Below, piece after piece: positions 45,349 through 55,809 of a stretch of DNA of 64,000 nt (its first letter is position 1; each line of letters opens with the position of its first letter). The translations under genes and the position numbers were made by a program. The notes beneath the pieces are model-generated. The model was not told where the DNA came from. It made no database searches and was given only the letters and a program-made list of their open reading frames with translations. Source of the stretch: an uncultured Gammaproteobacteria bacterium (GTDB lineage Bacteria; Patescibacteriota; Patescibacteriia; Magasanikbacterales; JBBTXJ01); the NCBI GenBank assembly GCA_964636345.1, contig CAZWRL010000001.1, positions 235-64,234 of the forward strand, in the 5' to 3' direction.

Positions 45349-46074
45349 ATGGACTTAGAAAATCATGGTTATGAGGTCAGCACTCGTTTAGTGGAAGAGT
45401 TAGCCATTCGTCAGCTTGCGCAGGTGTATCGGAAGGCAGACCCCTTTCCGCACACGGTTATAGATGGCTTTTTGTCAGAGGATTTTTTAGATGAAGTCGT
45501 TCACGATTTTGATGCCATACCAGATTCCCACTGGCAGGTATTTGAAAAAGAGGGATATGCGTATAAATTGGAGTGTCGGGAGATGGAACATTTAGGGTCA
45601 AGGGGTCGCCAAATTTTTTACGAATTGAATTCACCCCCTTTTCTGCGTTATCTTGAAAAATTAACGGGCATTACAGGATTAGTGCCCGATCCGTATCTCA
45701 TGGGTGCTGGTTTCCATAAAATTCCCCGCGGTGGCAAGCTGGCGGTGCACGCTGATTTTAATTGGTATGAACATTTTAAACTGTACCGCCGCGTCAATCT
45801 TCTGTGTTATTTAAACAAAGAATGGCAGGATGATTATAACGGGCATCTTGAGCTGTGGGATAAAACACTTGAACATTGTGTGAAACGTGTGGCACCCGTG
45901 TTTAACCGTGCCGTTATATTTAATACGACTGATTCGAGTTTTCACGGGTACCCGGGTGAAATACAATGTCCTGAAGGCATGCATCGTAAGGCAGTAACGC
46001 TATATTATTATACGAATGGCCGACCGGAAGAGGAAGCGGCTGCGCCACATAAAACCATTTGGAAAGAAACATAG
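45349..46074 (+). CDS. 2-oxoglutarate/Fe(II)-dependent oxygenase superfamily protein
   Basis: HxD...H arrangement (AVHADF ... SFHGYP) and PFPHTVIDGFLS N-terminus. Alternative start 45283. Confidence 0.45.
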   Translation: MDLENHGYEVSTRLVEELAIRQLAQVYRKADPFPHTVIDGFLSEDFLDEVVHDFDAIPDSHWQVFEKEGYAYKLECREMEHLGSRGRQIFYELNSPPFLRYLEKLTGITGLVPDPYLMGAGFHKIPRGGKLAVHADFNWYEHFKLYRRVNLLCYLNKEWQDDYNGHLELWDKTLEHCVKRVAPVFNRAVIFNTTDSSFHGYPGEIQCPEGMHRKAVTLYYYTNGRPEEEAAAPHKTIWKET

Positions 46075-46075
46075 T

Positions 46076-48232
46076 ATGCGTATTTCAGTCATTGGACTCG
46101 GGAAATTGGGAGCGAGCATGGCGGCCGCGTATGCAGACCGGGGATTTTCAGTTGTTGGTGTTGATGTGAATGAATATAACGTCTCGTGTATCAATAATAA
46201 AATTTCGCCGGTGCCGGAACCGCATGTTGATGAACTTTTGAAAAAAAATGCAGAGCGCGTACGGGCAACGATGAGTATGGAAGAGGCGGTTCTTGGAAGT
46301 GACGTTTCTTTTGTCATGGTACCAACCCCTACTGATGAAACCGGCCGTTTTACGTCGCGCTACGTGATTGCGGCGTGTGAAAAGATTGGTGAAGCTTTGC
46401 GCAAAAAAGAAGAGTATCACCTGGTGGTGGTCACGAGCACGGTGATGCCGGGGGATACCCATACGCGTATCGTTCCTATTTTGGAACAGTTTTCTGGCAA
46501 AAAATGCGGTGTTGATTTTGGTTACTGCTACAATCCTGAATTTATCGCGATCGGCTCTGTGGTGCGGGATTTACTCAATCCGGATTTTTTGCTTGTCGGC
46601 GAATATGATACGCGTTCAGGCGATGTGCTCGCGGAGTTTTATACCCAGGCCGTAGAAAATCAGGCACCGCTCAAACGCATGAGCATTGTTAGTGCGGAAA
46701 TTGCAAAATTGTCCCTCAATGTGTTTGTGACGATGAAAATTTCTTTTGCCAACACGCTTGCAGAATTGTGTGAGCAATTTCCGGGAGCAGATGTTGATAG
46801 TATCACCGACGCCATTGGCACCGATAGTAGGATTGGTAAAAAATATTTAAAAGCAGGCGTGGGATATGGGGGTCCATGTTTTCCGCGTGATAATCGTGCG
46901 TTTGAAAAAATAGTGCCCGCCGCGCCAGATATTATTTTTCACTCATCCGTTACCGACCGCATTAATGAGCGTAGTAAAAAACGTCTTCTTGATCTGGTGC
47001 TTCGCCATGCCGACGCAGGTAAACGGGTGACTATCATTGGACTATCCTATAAATCAGGTACGCCGGTTGTTGAAGAATCACATGGCATCGCGCTTGCGCT
47101 TGCATGTCTTAAAGCAGATAAAACCGTTTGTGTGTATGACGCAAGTGGTTATCAGCATGCGCGCGCTATACTTGCGGAGCGGGTAACGTATGCGGCGTCA
47201 TTGAAAGAATCGGTTGAAAAAGGGGACGTTTTGGTAGTCATGAATATGGATCCGGCATATAACGAGATGATACCGTATCTCACCCACCAGCACACGGTTA
47301 TTGATCCGTGGCGTGTATTTCGTGACCGGTTGCCCGCGTCAGTGTTGTATGTTCCTATGGGGCTTGGTTGCACGCCGACACGAGAAATAGCACAAGACGC
47401 AGCATTTGATGTAACGCCAGTTGAACGAGTGGCGGCATACTGGGATGCACGGCCATGTAATATACGGCATTCGCTTGCGCCGGTTGGAACACAACAGTAT
47501 TTTGATGAGGTGGAAGCCCGTAAGTATTTAGTTGAGCCCCATATCCCGGGTTTTGCCGAGTTTGAAAAATGGCGTGGCAAGCGTGTACTTGAAGTTGGTT
47601 GTGGCATTGGCACGGATACTATTAATTTTGCTCGCGCGGGTGCGCGTGTCACCGCCGTTGAGTTGTCAGAAAAATCACTCGCGCTTGCGCGTGAACGCGC
47701 TCGTATATTTGGACTGGAGGATGTTATTACCTTTTATGTTGCCAATGCAGAAGAATTATCTCGCGTTGTTCCGGTAGAACCCTATGATCTTGTGTACTCA
47801 TTTGGCGTCATACATCACACGCCGCATCCGGAGCGTGCCATTGTTGAAATTCAAAAATATCTCCATCGGGAGAGTGTGCTAAAAATCATGGTGTATCATC
47901 GTCACTCGTGGAAGGTGTGGTGGATTATGCTTCGTTACGGAAAAGGAAAATTTTGGGATGGTGATCGTTTAGTGGCGAACTATTCGGAGGCACAAACCGG
48001 ATGTCCGGTAACCTATATTTATTCTAAACGGCAGGCCAAAAAATTATTGCAGGGTTTTGATATTCTTGCTGAGCAGCCCGAACATATTTTTCCCTACGTT
48101 ATTTCCGAATATGTACAGCATCGGTATAAGAAAGTATGGTATTTTCGCTATCTGCCGACGTTTATTTTTCATTGGCTTGAGCGTAGCGCAGGGTGGCATT
48201 TATGTATTTCTGCGCGGCCACGTACCACATAA
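46076..48232 (+). CDS. Fusion protein: UDP-glucose/GDP-mannose dehydrogenase-family enzyme (N-terminal ~430 aa) plus class I SAM methyltransferase (C-terminal ~250 aa)
   Basis: MRISVIGLGKLG Rossmann motif and GGPCFPRD catalytic Cys. C-terminal motif I VLEVGCGIGTD. One uninterrupted ORF. Confidence 0.6.
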   Translation: MRISVIGLGKLGASMAAAYADRGFSVVGVDVNEYNVSCINNKISPVPEPHVDELLKKNAERVRATMSMEEAVLGSDVSFVMVPTPTDETGRFTSRYVIAACEKIGEALRKKEEYHLVVVTSTVMPGDTHTRIVPILEQFSGKKCGVDFGYCYNPEFIAIGSVVRDLLNPDFLLVGEYDTRSGDVLAEFYTQAVENQAPLKRMSIVSAEIAKLSLNVFVTMKISFANTLAELCEQFPGADVDSITDAIGTDSRIGKKYLKAGVGYGGPCFPRDNRAFEKIVPAAPDIIFHSSVTDRINERSKKRLLDLVLRHADAGKRVTIIGLSYKSGTPVVEESHGIALALACLKADKTVCVYDASGYQHARAILAERVTYAASLKESVEKGDVLVVMNMDPAYNEMIPYLTHQHTVIDPWRVFRDRLPASVLYVPMGLGCTPTREIAQDAAFDVTPVERVAAYWDARPCNIRHSLAPVGTQQYFDEVEARKYLVEPHIPGFAEFEKWRGKRVLEVGCGIGTDTINFARAGARVTAVELSEKSLALARERARIFGLEDVITFYVANAEELSRVVPVEPYDLVYSFGVIHHTPHPERAIVEIQKYLHRESVLKIMVYHRHSWKVWWIMLRYGKGKFWDGDRLVANYSEAQTGCPVTYIYSKRQAKKLLQGFDILAEQPEHIFPYVISEYVQHRYKKVWYFRYLPTFIFHWLERSAGWHLCISARPRTT

Positions 48233-48237
48233 CCTCT

Positions 48238-49134
48238 ATGCATTACCCCGCCATTGCTTTGGTAACGGGCTGTTACAATGATGAGAAATATATCGGCGAG
48301 ACCATTGAGTCCGTGCTTTCGCAGAATTATCCCAATCTTCAGTACGTTGTTATTAATGATGGTTCTACCGATGGAAGTTTGCGTGTTATCCAGAAGTACG
48401 AAAAATTTTTGCACTATTTTGAAAATTGGGAGGGTTATCGAAAGAGCATTGCCGCGGCGCTTAATCGTGGATTTTCTCATACCGACGCGTCGCTCATGGG
48501 CTGGATTAATAGCGATGATGTTCTGCTTCCTAAAAGTTTGCTTACCGTTGCTGATATTTTTGAAGAAATGCCAGGGGTTGATTGGTTTACCGGACTGGCG
48601 ACCACGCTTAATGACCGTTCACAGATTGTTGAGGTGCGTCCTTTCCGTAAAAATTTATACGATTATTTAGCAGGGGATTGGCAGACCATTCAGCAGGAAT
48701 CTACCTTTTGGCGTCGTTCTCTTTGGGATCAGGCAGGAGGACATCTTGAGGAAAGCTTTGAACACGCTTTTGATGTTGAACTATGGACTCGTTTTTTTAG
48801 ATTTGCAGAACATTATCATGTAACCACGGTACTTGGCGGGTACCGGCGTATTAGCGAGAGTGGCAGTATTAGACATAAAGACGAGTTTTACGCGTTTGTT
48901 AAACAGGCGCTTGACGAACTTCGTCGGCAGATTCCTGCTACGGACATGAAGCGTACACGGCACTATTCAGCACTCAAACGTTATGCCAGGCGGTTTCTTC
49001 GTTTTATCCCGCATGCATGGTATGAAAAAAGTAAACGTTTAGCACCACTGGGATATAAAATAATCTCCCGAGATTATGCAAATAATCGCTATGCGCTCCG
49101 TACCCAAAACCCATTTAGGTCATTGTTTGAATAA
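48238..49134 (+). CDS. GT2 glycosyltransferase
   Basis: ALVTGCYNDEKYIGETIESVLSQNYPNLQYVVINDGSTDGS. Start at the first ATG after the upstream stop. Confidence 0.6.
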   Translation: MHYPAIALVTGCYNDEKYIGETIESVLSQNYPNLQYVVINDGSTDGSLRVIQKYEKFLHYFENWEGYRKSIAAALNRGFSHTDASLMGWINSDDVLLPKSLLTVADIFEEMPGVDWFTGLATTLNDRSQIVEVRPFRKNLYDYLAGDWQTIQQESTFWRRSLWDQAGGHLEESFEHAFDVELWTRFFRFAEHYHVTTVLGGYRRISESGSIRHKDEFYAFVKQALDELRRQIPATDMKRTRHYSALKRYARRFLRFIPHAWYEKSKRLAPLGYKIISRDYANNRYALRTQNPFRSLFE

Positions 49135-49137
49135 GCT

Positions 49138-50073
49138 ATGGCAAAAATTCTTGTTACGGGAGGAGCGGGGTTTGTTGGTTCGGTCTTGGTCGAGTTTTTA
49201 CTTTCGGCAGGACATACCGTGACCGTTTTTGACAACCTCATGTATCGGCAGCACACGTTTTTGCCGCATTTTATTAATCCGCATTTTGAATTTATACAGG
49301 GTGATATACGTGATGCGGCTGCGGTTTTTGCTGCGCTGCGCGGCGCAGATGTGGTAGTTCACCTTGCTGCGCTTGTGGGAGCGCCTCTGTGTGAACAACG
49401 CAAGCACATGGCAGAGGAAGTTAATGTTGGCGGCACTCGTACGGTGTTGGATGCCTGTTCGCCAGAACAATTCGTTTTGTTTGCGTCCACGGGTTCAAAT
49501 TATGGGAAGGTAGACACCTTGTGCACGGAAAACAGCCCGCTCAATCCGCTGTCGGTCTACAGTATCACCAAAACCCGCGCGGAAGAACTGGTGATGGCGC
49601 GCGGCAACGCCATTTCGTATCGCTTTGCCACCGGTTTTGGGCTCTCACCGCGGCTTCGGCTTGATTTGTTGCCCAATGACTATGTGCATCAGGCGATTAA
49701 AAACGGGACGCTTATTGTGTACGAACGCGGCGCGCTTCGCACGTTCATCCATGTGCGCGATATGGCGCGCGCGTTTCTTCACGCGATTGATAATTACGAG
49801 CGCATGAAAAACAACGTGTATAATGTAGGTTCAAACGACATGAATTTTTCCAAAGAAGACCTTGCACGGCTCGTGCAAAAACACGTTGATTTTTATCTTC
49901 ATTTTGCGGAGTTCGGCGCTGACCCGGACAAACGGGATTACGAGGTGAGTTACGATAAACTCGCAGCCACAGGATTTCGTACGAGCATTACCATGGAGCA
50001 CGGTATTACGGAATTGGTGAAGGGCATGCGCACGGTTCCCGGATTTAATCCCTACATTAATGTCATTCACTAA
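49138..50073 (+). CDS. NAD-dependent epimerase/dehydratase (extended SDR)
   Basis: ILVTGGAGFVGSVLV; YSITK motif. Confidence 0.7.
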   Translation: MAKILVTGGAGFVGSVLVEFLLSAGHTVTVFDNLMYRQHTFLPHFINPHFEFIQGDIRDAAAVFAALRGADVVVHLAALVGAPLCEQRKHMAEEVNVGGTRTVLDACSPEQFVLFASTGSNYGKVDTLCTENSPLNPLSVYSITKTRAEELVMARGNAISYRFATGFGLSPRLRLDLLPNDYVHQAIKNGTLIVYERGALRTFIHVRDMARAFLHAIDNYERMKNNVYNVGSNDMNFSKEDLARLVQKHVDFYLHFAEFGADPDKRDYEVSYDKLAATGFRTSITMEHGITELVKGMRTVPGFNPYINVIH

Positions 50074-50075
50074 CC

Positions 50076-51734
50076 ATGAAGATCGCGCTTGCGCAACACA
50101 ATTATACGGTGGGGGATATTGTCGGCAACACGGCATTGCTTTTGGCATCAGTGGCTCGCGCGGCGCAGGAGGGCGCGGACGCCGTGGTTTTTTCTGAAAT
50201 GGCGGTCACAGGCTATCCGCCCATGGATCTTTTGGATCAAAAAGATTTCGTTGCCGATGCCTTGCATGCCATAACCGCGGTGCGAGAAAAGAGCAGGGCA
50301 TATACGCAGTTGACGATTGTGGTGGGTGGCATTGATCGCACGGAGTTGGATGGCGTGGTGTCGCTCTACAACAGCGCGTATGTGCTCCGGGGCGGCGAGA
50401 TGGTGGCGGTGTATCATAAATCACTGTTGCCAACCTATGATGTGTTTGACGAACGGCGATATTTTGCATCAGGCACCGCGCCGTGCGTCGTAGAAATTGC
50501 TGGAGAGAAATGTGGCATTACGATTTGTGAGGACATTTGGAACGACCGTTTTTATTGGCCCGAGCGGCGGTACGGGTATGATCCGGTAGAGGATTGCGTA
50601 GCACGCGGCGCACGAATGATTATCAATATTTCCGCATCGCCCTATCATGTTGGTAAAGAGCGCGAACGCGAAGCGATGGTCGCGGCACTCGCAAAACGCC
50701 ACGGGGTCACGGTGGTGTATGTGAACCAAGTTGGCGGTAATGACGAGCTTATTTTTGACGGGCATTCGTTGGTGATGACATCGGATGGCGCGGTGTGCCG
50801 CGCGCCGGGGTTTGAGGAGGCGGTTAATATGGCAGCCATTCTTGATTCTATCGCACCGACTTCGTCGGTGCTTCAGAATGACAGTGTTGAGGAATCCATC
50901 GTATGCGCCCTCACGCTTGGTATTCGTGATTACACGCGCAAATGCGGTTTCAAAAATGTGGTGCTCGGACTTTCCGGTGGCATTGATTCTGCAGTCACCG
51001 CGGCGCTTGCCGTTCGGGCGCTTGGGGCCGAGCATGTGCGCGGCATCGGGATGCCATCAAAATTTTCATCAGAAGGTTCAGTGAATGACGCACAGCAACT
51101 CGCGAACAATTTATGTATTCAGTTTGACCTGTTGCCCATTGAACCAATTGTGCAGGCGTATGCCGCTGTGCTTGCGCCGGTTTTCGCCGGCACTGTGCCT
51201 GGCGTTGCCGAGGAAAACATTCAGGCGCGCATTCGCGGTGCGCTCCTCATGGCAATTTCCAATAAATCGGACGCGCTCCTTTTGACCACCGGCAACAAAA
51301 GCGAACTCGCGGTTGGTTATTGCACGTTATATGGCGATATGTCGGGTGGTCTTGCCGTCATCGCGGATCTTTCAAAGGGCACGGTGTATCGCGTGGCGCG
51401 GTTTATTAATGAAGAGGCAGGGCGCGACATCATACCCGCATCAACACTCACCAAAGCTCCGTCGGCGGAATTGCGACCCAATCAGACGGATCAAGATACC
51501 CTGCCACCGTATGATATATTGGATGAAATTATTCATCGGTATGTTGAGGAAGGGCAGGGGGCAGAGGAAATTATCGGTACCGGTTTTGATCCGGCAGTAG
51601 TTAGCGCGACCATGCGTATGATTAATCAAAATGAGTATAAACGACGGCAGGCCGCGCCCGGACTGCGTGTGACGAGCAAAGCGTTTGGCGTGGGGCGCCG
51701 AATGCCGATCGCCACAAAACGGACGCGTCTTTAA
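50076..51734 (+). CDS. nadE: Glutamine-dependent NAD+ synthetase (CN-hydrolase domain plus NadE domain)
   Basis: N-terminal nitrilase-like domain. PP-loop GLSGGIDSAV; ~550 aa. Confidence 0.8.
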   Translation: MKIALAQHNYTVGDIVGNTALLLASVARAAQEGADAVVFSEMAVTGYPPMDLLDQKDFVADALHAITAVREKSRAYTQLTIVVGGIDRTELDGVVSLYNSAYVLRGGEMVAVYHKSLLPTYDVFDERRYFASGTAPCVVEIAGEKCGITICEDIWNDRFYWPERRYGYDPVEDCVARGARMIINISASPYHVGKEREREAMVAALAKRHGVTVVYVNQVGGNDELIFDGHSLVMTSDGAVCRAPGFEEAVNMAAILDSIAPTSSVLQNDSVEESIVCALTLGIRDYTRKCGFKNVVLGLSGGIDSAVTAALAVRALGAEHVRGIGMPSKFSSEGSVNDAQQLANNLCIQFDLLPIEPIVQAYAAVLAPVFAGTVPGVAEENIQARIRGALLMAISNKSDALLLTTGNKSELAVGYCTLYGDMSGGLAVIADLSKGTVYRVARFINEEAGRDIIPASTLTKAPSAELRPNQTDQDTLPPYDILDEIIHRYVEEGQGAEEIIGTGFDPAVVSATMRMINQNEYKRRQAAPGLRVTSKAFGVGRRMPIATKRTRL

Positions 51735-51735
51735 T

Positions 51736-53274
51736 ATGGGACATGTCAAAACAATCGGCATGGGCACGATTACGGGCGCTATCTCTAATGTTGTCGCACT
51801 CGCGGCCGGTATTATCACCGTGCCTCTCTTAATCAAGAATCTTGGCACGGATGCGTACGGTCTTTTGGGCGTGGTATCCGCACTGGTTGGTTTTGTTGGT
51901 GTCGTTGATCTCGGACTCACCTCAACCATCACGAACGCGATTGCGTACGGCAACGCGCGCGCTGATCATTCGCGCATCAACCGGCTTTTTTCCGGCGGTA
52001 TCTTGCTCTACACGCCGCTCGTGTTCGCGATTGTTGGGCTGGTGACATTGCTCGTATACGCGCCCTGGTTTCCACTCGCGTCGCTGTTGAATATCACCCC
52101 TGATGTTGCGCGTCTTGCCCGTTTGGTGATTGTTATCATGCTCTCCTATACGATGGCCGGCGCGTTTTGGGGCGGCGTGTTGAAATCGCTCTATCACGGC
52201 GTGAATGATGTGGCAATCTACAATGGCACCCAGACCATCTATAATAGTTTCTTTGCTCTTGCGTTCATTTTGTATCTGTTGTTTGGGCAGGTAACGCTCC
52301 TTGGGGTGGTGCTGGTACAAGCGGTTGGCGCGCTCGTGCGTTTACTCTTGTTTGTTGGTGTTGCCACACGGCGGTATACGTGGTTTTCTTTCATATGGTC
52401 ACGGGAGAGTGTGCGGGTTGTCGCGCCGCTCCTCAACTATTCCGTGATATTGTTTTTGTCCATGGTCTGTATTGTTATTCTTGAACGCAGCGACAATATT
52501 GTGTTGGCGCATTATCTTGGCCTTGCGGCCGTTGCCTCATACTCTATTGTGTATAAACTTTTTTATTTGCCGGCAGCAATGCTCCCCATTGCAACCGCAA
52601 GCGCGCCCACGGTTGCCGCCTTGTATGAACAAAAGGACTGGGCGGCGCTTGCCACGCTCTATCGCCGTATTTTGCGCGTGAATATTATTCTCAAGTTCAT
52701 CGTATTTGCATTTCTTTTGGTGTTTGCGCGCGAGATTGTGGTGCTCTGGGTTGGTGTTGATTTATTTACCGGTTACGGCACCGTCGCGGCGATCGCCGCC
52801 ACATATATGGTTTTTGCCTGGAACGGCACCCATAGTTTATTTTTCGGCGCCATGCAGAATTTCAAGCCGGAATTGCGCGCGAACGCGATTTCTATTGTTT
52901 TGAATCTTGCTTTTTCCATTTATTTGGTGCAAAAGATCGGTATGGCGGGTGTGCCGCTCGGCACGCTCCTGTCATTTTTGTTGGTCAACGCGTGGTATTT
53001 GCCGCGCACGCTCGTTCGGCTTCTGGATATTCATCCGTGGCGCGAAGCTGTGCGATTACTGTCTCGGATTGTGCCGTTACTCTTGGCGCTGGTGGCCGTG
53101 CATTATTTTTTGATTACGCTCGTGACCGATAATCTCCCACGGTATATCCTGGCAGCCGTGATAGGCGTGTTATTCATGTTCGCAGTATTTTTGGTGGCAT
53201 TTGGGCCGGGCGAGAAACAGTTTATAGTAGCCGGTGTGCGGAATAAATTACAGGGTTTATTGCGACGCGTATGA
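51736..53274 (+). CDS. Polysaccharide flippase (Wzx-like, MOP superfamily)
   Basis: At least 12 TM helices across ~510 aa with the typical Wzx N-terminus. Confidence 0.55.
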   Translation: MGHVKTIGMGTITGAISNVVALAAGIITVPLLIKNLGTDAYGLLGVVSALVGFVGVVDLGLTSTITNAIAYGNARADHSRINRLFSGGILLYTPLVFAIVGLVTLLVYAPWFPLASLLNITPDVARLARLVIVIMLSYTMAGAFWGGVLKSLYHGVNDVAIYNGTQTIYNSFFALAFILYLLFGQVTLLGVVLVQAVGALVRLLLFVGVATRRYTWFSFIWSRESVRVVAPLLNYSVILFLSMVCIVILERSDNIVLAHYLGLAAVASYSIVYKLFYLPAAMLPIATASAPTVAALYEQKDWAALATLYRRILRVNIILKFIVFAFLLVFAREIVVLWVGVDLFTGYGTVAAIAATYMVFAWNGTHSLFFGAMQNFKPELRANAISIVLNLAFSIYLVQKIGMAGVPLGTLLSFLLVNAWYLPRTLVRLLDIHPWREAVRLLSRIVPLLLALVAVHYFLITLVTDNLPRYILAAVIGVLFMFAVFLVAFGPGEKQFIVAGVRNKLQGLLRRV

Positions 53275-54017
53275 GTAAACCACTCGTGTCTGTTATCATG
53301 CCTGCGTATAACAATGCTGCGACCATCGCGGTTGCGCTTGATGCTCTCCTCGCGCAGACGTATCAGCCGTTGGAAATTATCGTGGTTGATGATATGAGTG
53401 ATGATGGCACCGCCGAGATAGTGAAGCGTTATCGCGCGGCGCATCCGGAGGTGATTCGGTACCTGCGCGTGCCATACGATGATCCGTATCGGTATAATGA
53501 TAAGGGTATTAATATCAATGCCGGATGGAGCGCACGGAATTTTGGCGTGGAACAGGCGCGTGGCGAATTAGTAACATTTCAAGATGCCGATGACGGCGCG
53601 CGCGCGAATAGGATTGAGGTGCAGTATGAACTCATGCAAAAATATAACTCGCATCATGTGGTGGTGGATTGGCAAAAATTTGATCCGACGTTGAATGGGA
53701 AGGTGTGGGAAGGCGAAATGAAAGGGTTTGTTTCAACAAAAGAAATTATGCGGTTGGTGCGAAAAACCAGGCCGCGTCGTTCTTTTACACGCTGGGACGC
53801 ATACCCATGCGCCGGCAGTAATCCGCTTGTGCGGCGCGAGGTGTTTGAAAAGGTGCGGTTCCGCCCGCTGTGGGAACGCACGCGGCCATCAAAAAAGGGG
53901 AGAGGCGCGGATCGTGATTTTAACTTCTGGGTGGCGGAAACATTTGGTGACAGCATCGCCGCAAAAATCCCACTCGTCTTGTGGCGCGTTGATAGCCAGA
54001 ATCCAGAATACCAATAA
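53271..54017 (+). CDS. GT2 glycosyltransferase
   Basis: VSVIMPAYNNAATI...VVDDMSDDGT...QDADD (DxD). Confidence 0.65.
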   Translation: MSKPLVSVIMPAYNNAATIAVALDALLAQTYQPLEIIVVDDMSDDGTAEIVKRYRAAHPEVIRYLRVPYDDPYRYNDKGININAGWSARNFGVEQARGELVTFQDADDGARANRIEVQYELMQKYNSHHVVVDWQKFDPTLNGKVWEGEMKGFVSTKEIMRLVRKTRPRRSFTRWDAYPCAGSNPLVRREVFEKVRFRPLWERTRPSKKGRGADRDFNFWVAETFGDSIAAKIPLVLWRVDSQNPEYQ

Positions 54018-54018
54018 T

Positions 54019-55809
54019 ATGTGTGGCATTTTAGGGTCGTTTGGGACGCGGCTCCCGGAACGCGAAACATTCCAAAAAGCGCTTGATACACTTGCCCGTC
54101 GCGGTCCGGATGGCGAGGGTATCTTTGCAACGCCAACCTGTTTACTGGGTCATCGGCGGCTTGCCATTATTGATCTGGCAACCGGCGCGCAACCGATGAC
54201 TTCTTTTGATGGGCGGTTCATCATCACCTTTAACGGCGAGATTTATAATTATCGCGAGCTGAAAAAAGAGCTGGAAGGGGTGTATCCTTTTTCAACCAAT
54301 TCCGATACGGAAGTCATTTTGGCAGGTTACCGCGCGTGGGGCAGGGGGATACTGGATCGTTTGGAGGGCATGTTTGCGTTTGCTATTTTGGACACCGAAA
54401 AACAAGAATTATTTTGCGCGCGCGATCCGTTTGGCATCAAGCCGTTTGTGTACGGAACCGCGGGAAATACTTTTTTCTTTGCGTCAGAAATTAAGGCGCT
54501 CCGCGCGCTCGGCATTTTTGAGGGCGGCATTGATGAGGCGCGCATTCCGGAATTTTTTGCGTTGAAACACATACCCGCGCCACATACCATCTATCGCGAT
54601 ATTAAGAAATTACCGGCTGGACACTTTTTGTGTTCACGACTGGACGGGAATGTGTTGACGGTAGATGAGCCAGTGTCATTCTGGAGTCCCGATAGTGAGC
54701 TCTGCGAGCGTATCGGGACGATAGAATCTCGTCTGGATGCTATCGCTCGGCCTCTGGCCTCGCTCCAGCATGACATACGTACGTGGCTCCTCGATTCCGT
54801 AAAAGCGCATCTCGTTTCAGACGTGCCGATTGGCGCATTTTTGAGTGGCGGACTTGATTCCTCTTCCATCGTGTGGGCCATGAGCCAGTTCACGCGCCCA
54901 AAAACGTTCACCGTTGGATTCAAGGAGATGCCCGATGATCCGGATTTGTTTCACGCGCGCTTGGTTGCCAAGCATTTCAACACCGAACATACAGAAATTT
55001 TGCTAGACCTTGATCTCCGTGACACCTTTTCCAAAGTGATGCGCTATTTTGATGAACCGTTTGCCGACCCGGCAACGGTGATGAACTGGTATGTGGCGCA
55101 GGCAACCAGCGGACAGGTGAAAGTGGCGCTCTCCGGTGATGGCGGAGACGAGCTCTTTTTTGGCTATGACACCTACGCGGCGATTGGCGCTGCGGCCACG
55201 ATGCGGCGTCTTTTGCCGTGGTTTGATTCGCGTTCATTTATTTTACAACGCTATTTTGGCTATAATCCGCGCATGCAAAAGCGGGTACTGCGCGGGGCAC
55301 AGCAGATAAGGGAACCGTTTATAGATTGGGAAGTTGATGGGCGCGATCTCAAAGAGGCCGTCCGCCAGATGGATATTGCGTACACCTTGCCCGAATATTA
55401 TTTGCGTAAAGTTGATGGCGTCAGCATGATGAATTCTCTTGAGGTGCGGGTGCCGTTTGTCAGCCGCGCGTTTGCCGCTCATATTCTTCCCCTGCCGGTG
55501 GCGGCGCATTATGATGAGCGTGCCGGAAAAGCGCTTCTCCGGCAGGCGATGGCCGGCGTCTTGCCAGAGCCGGTGTTGACGCGAAAAAAACAAGGCTTCA
55601 CGCGCCCATGGAGGACGCTGTTTGCGGGATCAATGCGTGATATGGTGCGCGAACGTTTGTTGTCACAGAATATGGCGCGATCCGGATGGTTTAATATGAA
55701 TTACCTTGGCATGATGCTCCTCGATCAGGAAGAGGGGCGGCGCGATTACGCGAACATGCTCTTTCGCCTTTTGGTTTTTTCCGAATGGTTGGAAGCGCAA
55801 ACCGTATGA
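54019..55809 (+). CDS. asnB: Asparagine synthetase B-type glutamine amidotransferase (likely glycan amidation, WbpS-like)
   Basis: N-terminal MCGI; PP-loop SGGLDSSSIV; ~595 aa. Confidence 0.75.
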   Translation: MCGILGSFGTRLPERETFQKALDTLARRGPDGEGIFATPTCLLGHRRLAIIDLATGAQPMTSFDGRFIITFNGEIYNYRELKKELEGVYPFSTNSDTEVILAGYRAWGRGILDRLEGMFAFAILDTEKQELFCARDPFGIKPFVYGTAGNTFFFASEIKALRALGIFEGGIDEARIPEFFALKHIPAPHTIYRDIKKLPAGHFLCSRLDGNVLTVDEPVSFWSPDSELCERIGTIESRLDAIARPLASLQHDIRTWLLDSVKAHLVSDVPIGAFLSGGLDSSSIVWAMSQFTRPKTFTVGFKEMPDDPDLFHARLVAKHFNTEHTEILLDLDLRDTFSKVMRYFDEPFADPATVMNWYVAQATSGQVKVALSGDGGDELFFGYDTYAAIGAAATMRRLLPWFDSRSFILQRYFGYNPRMQKRVLRGAQQIREPFIDWEVDGRDLKEAVRQMDIAYTLPEYYLRKVDGVSMMNSLEVRVPFVSRAFAAHILPLPVAAHYDERAGKALLRQAMAGVLPEPVLTRKKQGFTRPWRTLFAGSMRDMVRERLLSQNMARSGWFNMNYLGMMLLDQEEGRRDYANMLFRLLVFSEWLEAQTV

